DNA of 64,000 bases from Eledone cirrhosa (lineage: Eukaryota): contig OZ024743.1 of assembly GCA_964016885.1 (NCBI GenBank), forward strand, positions 183,458,001-183,522,000, written 5' to 3'. This document shows positions 1 through 12,318 of this stretch, piece by piece. The notes beneath the pieces are model-generated. The model was not told where the DNA came from. It saw only the letters and a program-made list of their open reading frames with translations, and ran no database searches. Each line of letters begins with the position of its first letter. The first letter of the stretch is position 1. The position numbers and the translations under genes are program-made.

Positions 1-619
1 ATTGCAGTATGTGGTCCTTATTCTCGATATATATGTGTGTGTGTCGTGGTACAGTGAATATGTTGCAAGCCTAGTTGTTAGTGTGTTGAACATGGTCTGC
101 CTCTACTACAGCTTCCTTCCACTGGAAACTCTGGACATTTCTTCACCAACAATCATAATTTCAGACATTGGATGGGATCAATATTTATTTTTGGATCAAT
201 CGCAATCAAAGATTGGCAGTAAGATAAAGGCTTCCAAAACAAAAGAGGTCTAACATGTTTTATTGGCAGAGAATTATATATTAAGTGTGTCTGACATTAG
301 TCTGTGTCTGGGTGTATGTGTCTGTGAGTGTGTGTGTGTGTGAGAGTGCATGCTGTGTGTGTGTGTGCTTGTCTATGTGCCTGTGTATTAGTCAGTGGTG
401 GAAGAGGGGATAATACATTACTAGCTAATGTAAAAAAAAATATTAGTTATGAGAGAATAATCTGGTTTACTTATATATATATATATGTGAAGTAATTCCG
501 TCGGAATATATATATATAGAGAGAGAGAGGTATAAATTTGAATTTATTTTTTTGATTCCTGTTTTTATGCTCCACTGCAAATGTATTCAAATTTAGTACG
601 ATATACTGTGTGATTTAGT

Positions 620-990
620 ATCTACATTAATAAAGCTGACGGCCGTATGTAACAAACATTTGGCAAAACGGCTGGACCAAACAGCACCAAATTTGCACCA
701 TAGATGTAACTTTTCCAAGGAAGAAAGTGAGGGTATTTTTGTCTACTAAATTTCGTTAATATTGATTTAAGATATTTTGTTTATCTAAAGATTCACTTCT
801 TTAAAATGGTCAAATGTCAACACTTCCGGTTAGCGATCGCTTAAATAAACATTCATATATTTTGCAGTTTATATATAATATCATCTTTTTTTTTAATGTA
901 TCATGGATTAAATTTCTGTGTATATTGTCAATCTCTATCTATATTAATAAAGCTGACGGCGGTATGTAAAGGGACGAGTACATTACTGGT
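620..990 (+). mobile_element. Putative non-autonomous Helitron-like element(s)
   Basis: Starts TCTA(C/T)ATTAATAAAGCTGACGG at ~620 and again at ~937. The body (AAGATTCACTTCTTTAAAAT...GCGATCGCTTAAATAAACATT...GCAGTTTATATATAAT) recurs at ~38900-39680, so it is a dispersed repeat. Class assignment is by resemblance only. Confidence 0.45.
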
Positions 991-1144
991 ACTTTATTAT
1001 ATATATTATATATAATACAACATTCCTCTCTCTTTCTTACTCTGTCTTTTTAGATAGATATAGAACTATAAGGTCGCGCGCTTATAATATCTGTATGTCT
1101 ACATTGACTTCGCTTCTAACCAACTTTTAATTATATATTCGTGT

Positions 1145-1450
1145 ACATATTTTCAACAGTAATACTGTACTATATGTTTTCAACAGTAATACTATACTAC
1201 ATATTTTCAGCAGTAATACTATATATTTTCAACAGTAGTACTGTACTATATATTTTCAACAGTAGTACTGTACTATATATTTTCAACAGTAATACTGTAC
1301 TACATATTTTCAACATTAATACTATACTATACTATATATTTTCAACATTAATACTATATATTTTCAACAGTAATAGTATACTATATATTTTCAACAGTAA
1401 TACTATATATTTTTAACAGTAATATTATATTATATATTTTTAACAGTAAT
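1145..1450. repeat. AT-rich minisatellite, ~19-27 bp unit (TATATTTTCAACAGTAATACTA)
   Basis: About 13 imperfect tandem copies visible. This explains the spurious ORF 1141-1416. Confidence 0.9.
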
Positions 1451-1757
1451 CTATATATCTAAAACAGAGAATGTCTGTCTGACTCCCTAAAACTCGAGAA
1501 CCACCCAACCGACTTTTTCAAAACTTTACACATGTAAAACTTATGGTCCTGTGAGTGTTTTGAGCAAAAAAAATTTCAAATTTCCAATGCCCTAGGGACG
1601 GCATTAGGCGATCTCTCTCTTTAATTCTTATTCTTTCTTTTTAGATAGATACATAGATATAACATTGCACCCTTATAATATCTGTCTGTATGTCTGGCTG
1701 TCTGCATTACAACATTATGACACTATGTGTGTGTGTGTATATATGTATATATATATA

Positions 1758-1790
<33 letters not shown>

Positions 1791-2195
1791 CTTTGGGAGG
1801 GTCATACTGCCAATAAATACACACACAACCAGTCGGTTTTACTTCAATAAATTTCCGGTTCGTTGGTTCGATAACCGGATGGTTGTTTATATATTGTCAA
1901 AGCTCTTTTGTCACACATTCTGTGACCTCAGTGACTGGGTTTTTATTTTGTGTCCCTCCTTCGTTCAGTCTTACACCATCTTGTTTTTGTGTATTGTGTG
2001 CTGTGTGCTTGGTTTGCAAACCAAGTACACAGCACACAGAATGTGTGATGAAAGAGCTTTGACAATATATAAGCAACCATCCAGTTGTCGAACCAACCAA
2101 CTGGTTATCAAACCAACCAACCAGAAATTTATAATAAATTGAAGTGAAAGCCAACAGGTGCATGTGTTTTTATTGGCAACATGACCCTCCCAGAG
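1791..2195. mobile_element. Foldback MITE (Tc1/mariner-like, TA target)
   Basis: TIRs CTTTGGGAGGGTCATACTGCCAATAAA and TTTATTGGCAACATGACCCTCCCAGAG, flanked by TA. Internal inverted repeats ~1855-1925 vs ~2035-2104 and a central hairpin ~1997-2036. Confidence 0.8.
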
Positions 2196-2262
2196 TATAA
2201 CAATATCCGTTTCAACACACGTTTTCAGATAAGAAATCTTGCAAAACAAATTAAAAAATGAA

Positions 2263-2300
<38 letters not shown>

Positions 2301-2327
2301 TTTCACGTCCGCTTTTCCCTGCTTGCA

Positions 2328-2383
<56 letters not shown>

Positions 2384-2584
2384 ATATTATATATATATTG
2401 ATATAAGCTCACTTTCTTGGCTAAAACACAATATATTTATGATATATATATATACAGGGTGGGCTGTAAGTCTACGCAAAAGCATTAAAAACAATTTAGC
2501 ATACTGTACATTGTATTGTATTAATAACAAAAATTATATTGAAATAACAAAGATGTCATTTTCAGCATTCTTTCATCTGTAATT

Positions 2585-2789
2585 TTAACCCTTTAGCATT
2601 TAAACTGGCCATACCTGGCCAAAATTCTCTCACCTTTTTCAGTTCAAACTGGCTGCTCATACTGACGTTAAGGTATTGTTCTCAAAATAAATAACATCGA
2701 AATTTCGTAGCTTCAATATTATGTGAGATAATGCCTTTACCACAAAATACAATAGTATATGTAGAGTAATGTAAATGTTAAAGAGTTAA
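2585..2789. mobile_element. piggyBac-like MITE
   Basis: TTAA-CCCTTTAGCATTT ... AAATGTTAAAGAG-TTAA ends. Related copies at ~45801-46342 and ~53964-54147. Confidence 0.7.
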
Positions 2790-3298
2790 GGTACTGAGTG
2801 AGTCCAATGGTTGATATATTGCATGACTGGTATTGGTTTTGGTGTGTGAGTTAAGGCGCTCTCTCTCTCTCTATATATATATAATATAAATGCCTGGCTC
2901 TGATAGACCTTCCTACATGATAATTACCCCATAAAAAGCCCCCATCCCCCCACACTTAAAATCAAAGAGTGGAAAAGGAAGATAGAGAAACTCCAAAAGA
3001 AGCAGTAAGCCAAGAAGAACAAGAAGAATGTTTACAAGAGAACAATATACATTGTATTATTAAACCAAATAAGTTGAAACATTTAATATTTTGGTCAGCT
3101 GTCCACATATGTCCCCACATATGTCCACACTAGAATGTTATGTCTGACCATTTTTGTTATATTTTCCTGGAGTTTCCAAGGAACAAAATAAAGAAGCCAG
3201 CAATTTGTAATACATCAGACAAAAGGAGATTTTTTTAATTAATATAATAGTAGTGTGTGTGTGTATATATCATCATTTTACGTCCGTTTTTCCATGCT

Positions 3299-3332
<34 letters not shown>

Positions 3333-3459
3333 AAAGTTCCATTTAAATTGTTGGGATACAACAAGCAAACACTTTTATAACTGATATAAAGCACTCGACA
3401 AGTAATTGGAGTAAATATACGATATTAACAAATGGAAACTATATTTATAAAACCATATC

Positions 3460-3524
3460 TATTTTATTATACATATTTCAAGGATACCATGTTAAATTAT
3501 GGTATGCTTTCATCAGACAAAATA
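3460..3524 (-). ncRNA. Mirror copy of the hammerhead motif in the left arm of the inverted repeat
   Basis: Exact reverse complement of 3651-3715. Confidence 0.6.
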
Positions 3525-3650
3525 CAATATATAACAGTTTTATAAATAAATTTTAACATACCCTTTCAAAATATCCTGATGTCTTCCAAAAGTAACGGCT
3601 GCATTTTGAAAGAGTATGTTAAAATTTATTTATAAAACTGGTATATATTG

Positions 3651-3715
3651 TATTTTGTCTGATGAAAGCATACCATAATTTAACATGGTATCCTTGAAAT
3701 ATGTATAATAAAATA
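3651..3715 (+). ncRNA. Type I hammerhead ribozyme motif (Penelope-like minimal type)
   Basis: Stem I TATTTTGT (3651-3658) pairs with ATAAAATA (3708-3715). Core CTGATGA 3659-3665. Stem II AAG-c-ATACCAT/ATGGTAT-c-CTT. GAAA 3696-3699. Self-complementary stem III ATATGTAT. Predicted cleavage after AUA (3707). Confidence 0.6.
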
Positions 3716-3754
3716 GATATGGTTTTATAAATATAGTTTCCATTTGTTAATATC

Positions 3755-3796
<42 letters not shown>

Positions 3797-4741
3797 CTTT
3801 TCATATATATATATGAATCTTTTTATATTACAAACACTACTACCCCAAGTATCGAGTACTCTGGTGGGTTATGGTTTAGATGGTTTTTACCACACCTTAT
3901 CTGATATATATATATATTTATATAAGGTAGTGCTGGTGTCATGATAAAATTCATCTAGCCTACTCTGTAAAAGTGCTAATGGTGCCACAATGAAAAGCAG
4001 CTAGTTCACCCAGTAAGGTGGTAGTGTTTGAGTCACAATATAATGTTCTCAGTAAACACTGTAAAGTGGTTCGTGTGAGGAAAGACATACAGTTATAGAA
4101 AACCAAACCCAAAATGGAGTACATGAGCAAGACATGGTCACCTGACCTGTGTAGCCTCAGTAAGATGTGGTCACCCGACCTATCTAGCTTCAGTACATGA
4201 CAACCACATGGTCACCTGACCTGCCTAGCCTCAGTACACGACAACCTGTCTAATCCAAGCAAACATGTAAAATAGATGTGATGATGATGGTGATGATATA
4301 CTTTACTGGTATTTTTCTTCCATTTAGCTTTGAAAAACAAAATTAAGTCAAGTTCATTGAATCTAAAAAGGTAATGTTGACTAACCACACAGCCACCACC
4401 CACCACTTCAACTAAGGTAATACAGGGAATTGACAACAGCTGACCTTGTTACCAGCAAGAGTAAACAACATAATATATTGTCTTCTGACAGAAGTACAAA
4501 TGTATCAGAATTTGACACTCAAACAAGATGCTGTGATATTCATGCCTTTCCCATGACAAAAGTTAAGTAAATTAACTGAAAATAAGATATTGAAAACATA
4601 CAACAGATGTAGCTTAGTTGTTCTCTATGTAACGACAATGACAACAGTAACAACAACAGCAACAACAGCAACAAAACATAACATACTTGAAGCTAATTAG
4701 GCATGTGTGTGTGTGTATATACATATCTATATATGTGTTTA

Positions 4742-4781
<40 letters not shown>

Positions 4782-4852
4782 CTGTATAAACCTGTTTGTC
4801 AAGAAACTGCTCATAAAACATTACCACCTACAAAATATTTACGGTGTGAGTA

Positions 4853-4901
<49 letters not shown>

Positions 4902-5496
4902 TCATATATACACACACCCACCCAGTTGAGAGAGGCTAAATACTGTGTGAGTGTGAGAAAAAACCTGGTCTGAGGTTGTTAGAGCTGATCTCATATCCCT
5001 GAACCTAATAAAGGAGATGATGAAGGAACACAAGTTGGGGCTGTGCTGGAAAATACCTGTCAAACCCATACAAGCAAGGATGATGAAATATATAAATACT
5101 AAAACATAGGAAACAAATAGAGAAATAGGAAGTTGTGATGTTCATGGCTTTCTTTAGATGGTTACTTGTTAAAATAGAAATAAATACCCCAATTGGGATA
5201 TAGAGATTGTAAGTTGAAACATTGTGATTAAGAAAGAAACATAAAAACAAACTTCCTCCTCTACAAAAAAACTGTTTAACATTAAATAGTTATAAGCTAT
5301 ATTTTAGCTGAATTAAGGCATGTGACTGTGGGGACCCTGACCAGACAATACTGCATGTTGTTCAGGATTGCCCCCTCAGATGTTTTCTCGGTGGCCTGGA
5401 GGCAATCCATAAAGCTGCAAATGATACCTTGGTCTGACTCGCTGGTCTCGACCTGCTTCTCTAACTATTGTGCATATGTCATACTACTTGTACTAG

Positions 5497-5529
<33 letters not shown>

Positions 5530-5804
5530 AACCATAATACTACAAATCATATCTTGGTCTGACTCACCAGTCTCGACCTGCTTCTCTAACTATTGTACAT
5601 ATTTCATACAACAAGAAGATGAAGCTGAATTATGACTATGGACAAGTTCCTTGGGAACATTTGCAGAACACATATACAACAAAGAGGGGCTACATATTTA
5701 TAGACCTCATGTTTAATTAGAAAATAATATTTGTAATACAACTAAGAGTTAATGTATGAAAAATGTTGAAATGAGAAGAGTATCTGCATAAAATTGTTAC
5801 CAGA

Positions 5805-6720
5805 CACTGGTCAGTCTAAATCAAAGAGGACAGATTCATTTGAGGCCAGATGATGATGGTCAACAAACCTCACCCTTCTACGTACAACAGCAGTTGTATG
5901 TGGCAGACCATTATATATCTCTTGGAGAGTCTTGTATTCCCTCCGGTTTATGTTCTGAAAGCATCTGAGAACGACTGTCAAGACGTCTGTGTTGCTTGGC
6001 TGAGAGTGTCCAAGTCTCATTACCATAGAGTAGTATTAGCTGGATTGTGATTTGGAAGAGCCTGAATTTGGAGAAGTTAGGAAGACTGGAGCACCAAATA
6101 TGGTCTAACTCAGTCATGGGCAACTTGTGGCCAACGAAGCTTTCTGAATGGCTTGCCTAAGTCATCTAAGTGATATCTTTCTGATTTTTTTACCTCAACT
6201 TTTCAGTCGTAATTTATCTTTCTATCATTTTTACGATCAAGGAAAACAACGTGTACGAATTCTGAAGAAACAAATCAAAACCTGAGTTACCCCCCACCTT
6301 TTTATGTGGGCACAAATGTAAATTAGCGTTTGCGGCTTGCCTGATGATGAGCTCTCATGTGGCCCGTGTCTCGAAAAAGGTTGCCCATGCTTGGTCTAAC
6401 TTGTTGCAAACTGACCATTTTGGGGTTTTTCTGGTGGTAAAGTCCTTCTCTGAATCTATGACACTGGACATGAGGTACTTAAAGTTTTCAACCTTTTTGA
6501 TAGTACTGCCATCATGAGCTTTGAGGATGAATTCAGATGAAGAGTTAGAGATGTATTCTGTCTTGCCTTCATTAAGGTGAAGGCCGATGAGGGCAGCTGC
6601 TTCTTGAAGTGAAATAAGGAAATGTTGGGCATTCTCCATGCAGTCTGCTAGAAGAGAAATATCAGCAAAGTCAAAATCTGTGAGATGAGTTGAGGGGTGT
6701 CTGAAGGGGTCACAGCAAAC
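5805..6720 (-). pseudogene. 5'-truncated, decayed RTE-type LINE (RT C-terminal part), interrupted by a hAT MITE
   Basis: Translations LTDFDFADISLL...GLHLNEGKTE...FKYL...CNKLD|HIW...LLYGNETWTL...LYNGLP resemble non-LTR RT domains 5-7 and thumb. The frame is restored when MITE 6111-6393 plus one TSD copy is removed. Confidence 0.85.
6111..6393. mobile_element. 283-bp hAT (Buster/Charlie-like) MITE
   Basis: TIRs CAGTCATGGGCAACTT and AGGTTGCCCATGCTTG. 8-bp TSD GTCTAACT at 6103-6110 and 6394-6401 with central TA. Confidence 0.9.
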
Positions 6721-6952
6721 TCTCATATCCAAGGAGGCTGATGTTCACATTTAGGACCTAGCTACTGCCATGAGCAACAACCACGTGGAAATTTATCATT
6801 GAGTCTATTTCAGCAGAGGCCACAGGATGATGAAGAAGTCTAAAGTGACCAACAAAACCAAACAATGGAAAGTTGATGTGTTTGGAAATGTGGATGAGGA
6901 AATTGGTTATGCCTAACAGCGGAGGTGATGGAAACTGAAGTATCAAACATTA

Positions 6953-7152
6953 CAGACAAAAAAGGTCATTTACTATCCTAACATCTGCGGTAATGGCAAC
7001 TGAAATGTTGTAGAATAGAAATGGTTTGGTCAAGCACTGCAGACACAAAAGGTCATTTACTATCCAAACAGCTGTGGTAATAGCAACTGAAATGTTGTAG
7101 AATAGACACGGTTTGGCCAAGCACTGCAGACACAAAAGGTCATTTACTATAT
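6953..7152. repeat. ~87-bp tandem repeat, ~2.3 copies
   Basis: AGACA(A/C)AAAAGGTCATTTACTAT recurs at ~6953, 7041 and 7128. Confidence 0.85.
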
Positions 7153-9021
7153 CCTAGTATGATAAAGTTATGTGGTCACTTGATCTGCAAGAAATAGAAG
7201 TCAAGTTTCCTCATATCACACTCTAGTGTCTTAAAAAGAAAAGACAGGATCTATTAGATAATATAGTCTTAGTTATGCTGTGTTTTGAAAAAAAAAAAAA
7301 AAACTAAACCAAAAAACTGGCTAGTTGTGGTTGGAATGCCTTTGTAAATATGCTTGACCAGAGTTGACCTCAAGTTAAATAATTACTATATTATGACTCA
7401 TCTGAACATTGTGTCACAAGACTGAGGGCCCCTGCTATTTTCTCTCACTTAGTATAATATAATTTCAGCACAAGTTAAGGTAGCCCTTAATGATGTTGAT
7501 GGTATCAATTGAAATATTGTTTGAAGAGTGTAAACTTTAAATTAGGACCAAATATTTATGCAGAGATAACCCATGATTACCAGGAATATAGGAAGAGAAA
7601 GATGAAGTGTTTCAATAATACTTTTACTTTTCCATCTTGCCACTCCCCTCCTCTCATCATTTGTTTTAGGAATGTTTAATGTGTCAGATCAAAGGATGAG
7701 AGGCCATTGTTAGGAAATGGCTCTAGTTTTTGTCAATATTTGTGTCACTTCAAGCAAACTGTCCATAATTATATTGTTAAGTAAATAAATGTTGTATGTG
7801 ATGAGGGCTAAATATGACTGAATGTTTAGTCTGTTTCATTGGTTATCTGGTCAACAGAACCACGTTAAAGAAGGAATTATGCTGAACTAGTGACTGGAGG
7901 TAGTGGTATTGTTTTGATATAGGGAATACCTCCCATTTTACCATTACAAAATATTCTGATTGGTAAAGGAAGGAGTTTAATCTGATATGAAGTGAATGGA
8001 TTGGTGTAGATATTTATTCTAGGATAAAACTGCTGACGAGAGCGAGAGTTGTTGTTGGTGTAGATATGTATTCTGGGACAAAACTGCCGAGATGTTTGAG
8101 GGAGAGCTATTGTGAATTTGTTGAGATTGTCATCATGAATATTGATTAGCCCCTTTGATACCAAACTACCCCTAGTTTTACAATACAGTTTGTTTTAAAG
8201 GGTTTATATTTATCTAAAAACTTTCCATCATAGTTTTATGTTAGAACCTTTGTTCCAAACTGCCTCTGGTTTTACAATACTGTTTGTTTTAAAGTGTTTA
8301 TGTTTCTAGCAGGCCAAGTGACCATATAGAGGCTCCCTTGAATTACTATGAGGGTATATCATAGAACAAATTATCTTGTAGGTTTTTCATTGAGTCATGC
8401 TTAACAAAGTTCAATTATGTCTTTTATTATAGAAGCAGCACCCCAGCATGGCCTCAGCCAGTTGGCGGGAACATGTAAAAGAGTAAATTAGATCCGAATT
8501 AAAAGGCCTAGTTTTATTATCTCTAGCTCAGATTGTATAGATTTAATAGAGCATTAAACACTTAACATGACTCAGCTCACTTCATCTGACACCCCTCAAA
8601 TGGGGTGACACTTTTGTATTCTGAACTGAAATCTGGCTGAGACTAACTTGAGTGGTAAAATATTGACTGATTTAATACCACCACCATCCAGCTGTTGGGT
8701 GCCTTTAGCAGAGTCCACTCTGTTGCAAGAAATCAAGCCTGGTCGTCTCCTCTACCTTGAAGATAACTTCTTCCCACTTTCCAACTCTCCCAATAATTAT
8801 GGAAGTCCAGAATGACATAGAACCAGGAACAGTTTGGTATAAAAAGTGTTACGATGGCAAGGTGTGATTTGGGGAAGATTCAGCTGCTATTCCTAGAAGC
8901 TCAATAGGGTTGACAACAGTCAAATTTAGGAATAAGTTTCATGTACACATCTACATCTGAGTAGACAAGAGAAAACTGACAATATCATTGCTCTGTTGAT
9001 ACCAAACTGTCTGGTTTTATG

Positions 9022-9064
<43 letters not shown>

Positions 9065-9414
9065 TATAATCAGTTCCCGTCCCACCCTTGCAAGCAAGGA
9101 AAAGTGGACGTAAAATGAAATGATGATGAAATGATATAAGCCTTTCAGCACACTTTTCTATAAGAGCTTTTGTTATGTTCCAAACACCAGTTTTAATAAT
9201 GAGAAAGTCAGTTATATTACTTCATCTTGATTATTTCGAAAATGCAAGGCAGTGTCTTTTATAGGAAATATGGTAACAAAAGGATAAATGACAGCTTAAC
9301 TTTGCATATTAGTTATATATGAGTTTTTGTGTACATATTTTAAAATATATTGCGGAATGTGTGTACATATACCCATGTGAGTGTGTGTGACTATGTATGT
9401 CTGTATGTGACTAT

Positions 9415-9770
9415 ATCATCATCATCATCATCATCATCGTTTAATGTCTATCTTCCACGCTAGCATGGGTTAGACGGGAATTGTCCCACTTGAGGCAAGA
9501 TTGGTTAGGTGACCGTGTCTCACTCGTATAGAACTGGATGCCCTTCAGAACACCAACCACATTTACAGCGTGGACTGGGTGCTTTTTGTCATGACACCTA
9601 CATGACCACTTTAGTATGGACTGGATGTTCTGTGGTACCAACATAACTTTACAGAGAAAGAGTGGTGTGGGTGGAAGTGGGAGGATGGAGTAGGGGTAGT
9701 GGGTTGATATTTGGTTAAGAGGTGCCTACTGACTGTAGGTTTAACTTCGTATGTAAGGGAAGGCGGGTAC
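9415..9770 (-). mobile_element. SINE-like element with RTE-LINE-derived 3' tail and (GAT)n end
   Basis: (CAT)n-CGTTTAA...GCTAGCATGGGTTAGACGG matches the 3' end of the LINE at 14350-14408. Core GGATGCCCTT...ACACCAACCACATTTACAG is shared with ~39059, 40265, 46000 and 55620-55970. Confidence 0.75.
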
Positions 9771-10089
9771 ACATATACCCATGTGTGTATGTGACTATGT
9801 GTGTACACATATACCCATGTGTGTATGACTATGTCTGTGTGTAAAACCAGATATTCCAGACCAAACCAATGTAGGAAGGGATTTATCTTGTTTTTCTAAA
9901 AATGAAATGTTTGTTAATTAGCTTGTACTGACAGCTAATTAGCATTAGTGGAAGATTGTTGAATTACTTCTAAGATCTGATTAATCTAATTATGTCATCC
10001 TAATTTAGGGTTGAGAGACAAAATAATCACAAATGATTAACCCCATTGACTTTGAACGGAGATGAAAATATTTCTTATCTCTGCCTGTA

Positions 10090-10345
10090 AGGAGACATCT
10101 TACCTGTGTCAGACACACTTTTATAATGGAGGTATCTTACCTGTGTCAAACACACCTTTATAATGGAGGTATCTTACCTGTGTCAAACACACTTTTATAA
10201 TGGAGGTATCTTACCTGTGTCAAACACACCTTTATAATGGAGGTATCTTACCTGTGTCAAACACACCTTTATAATGGAGGTATCTTACCTGTGTCAAACA
10301 CAACTTTATATTGGAGGCACCTTATCTCTGTCAAACATGTCTATA
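10090..10345. repeat. 37-bp minisatellite (TATAATGGAGGTATCTTACCTGTGTCAAACACACCTT), ~7 copies
   Basis: TAATGG at 10124, 10161, 10198 and onward. Confidence 0.92.
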
Positions 10346-10595
10346 TATATAATGGGGGCACCTTATCGGTGGTGCCAAGACCAGGGAAATACACCCGTGA
10401 AATGGCTTACCGAATATAAACTGAAATAACTAGGTATCGCAGTTGGGTTTCTACTATCTCTCTCTCTCATATATATATATATACCACTAGTCGGGTGTTT
10501 ATATTTGTTTATGACATATGTATCCTGTCAGTATGTTTAAACCAACATTTTAAAATGTATTTTTAACATTATTTTTTAAATATATTTTCTCGAAG

Positions 10596-10770
10596 GAAAG
10601 TTCAAGAACCTGAGCAAGAAGAACTTCTGTCAATAAAGGATAAAATCCGAGCATTTGAGAGTCACCCACCAAAACTACTTGCTAATGATACAGTAGAAGT
10701 TGCAGCTAAGAAACCATGCCACAGATATTCTGAAAATTATAAAGAACTTGAAAGTGCTACACTCATAATG
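10596..10770 (+). CDS. Glu-rich disordered protein gene, first confidently identified exon (starts in phase 2, so upstream exons exist)
   Basis: TTTTCTCGAAG acceptor, open frame KVQEPEQEELLSIKDKIRAFESH...ESATLIM, GTAAGT donor. Phase 0 matches the next exon. Confidence 0.7.
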
Positions 10771-12318
10771 GTAAGTTCTCATTTGAATTGGATAGATTAA
10801 CTCTTGGGTAGATTAACCCTTGGGTAGTTTAACTCTTGGGTAGTTTAACTTTTGGTGGAAGATTTTGGGATAACAATATACACTTTAAAACAAACAATTT
10901 TGTATTGTAAAGTCGTCAGGGGCTGTTTCAGGTGGTTTGGAAAATAACTTAAAGGTTCTTACATAAAATAATGATAGAACGTTTTTAGATAACAATATAC
11001 ACTTGTGTAATAGAACCAGGGGTGGTTTCAGGTGGTTTGGTATCAAAAGGGTAAGATAGATGGAAATATCAAAACAGGTTATGTCTCCTACAATGTTGTG
11101 TGTATGTGTAACATGTCTGTATGTATGTAATGTGTAACTTGCATGAGTAAGGTGGTTTTATAGGAACAGTAGGGTTTTAAAGAAGAATACTCTTTCCACT
11201 GCTAACCCTTTAACTCTTAATGTCCTGTTAATGACATTAGCAAGACATTCTGTAAAAAACAGCAGTATGATTACCACATTAATAATTGAAAATCTTTACT
11301 CTCTAATATTACAAACTTTCACAACAATCTGTCCACTAGTAAAGATACTATAAACATTTGAATTAACAAACTCATCTTTTAGATATTTTCTGCTAAATCA
11401 TTACAAGATGTTAATGGTAGTGGTGGTAGCAGTGGCTATGTTGGTGATAGTGTTGGTGGTGACTATGTTAGTGTGCTTAAAGTAGTGGAAAATTTATAGA
11501 AATCCAATGGAAAAAACAAAACAAAAGACAGATATAAAAATAAAAGAAGTGAATTAAGAAACCAGCATTTAGATATGTTCTGCTAACTCATTACAGGATG
11601 TTAAGAATTAGCCATGAAGTAGGAGTGGAGCTTGTCTTTTTGTTTTATCCAATGAAGTACAATGAGACAGCAGTGTGTAATAGCTACTCTCTAGCTTAAA
11701 TGTGGAGCTTTTAGAGAACTTGTGGCAAAATAAAGTAATGGCAACCATTATATATATATACACACACATATATATATAGCTTTTATTTCTTTATGTTGTT
11801 TATCATCACACAATCACACACCTAATTGGTAAACTTGGTAATGATACAATTATTCCCCAAATCTAGAAATTTATTTCCTGAAGAGATTTTTGAAATGTAA
11901 TTACCATGTTTGTCAATATAATTAATTAATTGACAAATTGTTACAGATGACTACATTTGCATTTCAATAAATCAAAGTGATTGTAGAAACAAATAAATGA
12001 TTTGAACTCAATCAAATTTTTGGTTCGTCACCTGAATTGATGAAGTATAAAAAACCCCGTAGTTTTCTATATGTGACTAATACATTGAGCTTCAATATAC
12101 TTCTATTGATATCATATATATATATATATTAGCAAAATTTACTTTTAACGGTATCGTATAAACTTGTATTAGCGCCTGGCGAAAGGTCACTATTTTGATG
12201 CCTTTTGTTTATTGGAGTTATGGTCAAATTTGGACATTGAAACCTTGGGTAGTGCTTTTGTTCCATGCATGAACAAATAAACAATATAATATAATATAAT
12301 ATAATATACATAATAGGC

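Larger units (their letters stand above)
3415..3760. repeat. Near-perfect long inverted repeat (158-bp arms, 30-bp spacer)
   Basis: 3415-3572 is the reverse complement of 3603-3760 with 2 mismatches by eye. The right end runs into (TA)n. Confidence 0.95.

Noticed and set aside
1141-5537. Numerous short ORFs rich in YI/CV repeats
   Set aside because: They derive from (TA)n/(TG)n microsatellites and minisatellites and show no coding signal.
7670-7780. Candidate upstream exon of the + gene (good pyrimidine tract/AG, GTAAAT donor, one frame ending in phase 2)
   Set aside because: The phase-compatible frame has a stop just after the strong acceptor and there is no homology support. Too uncertain to call.
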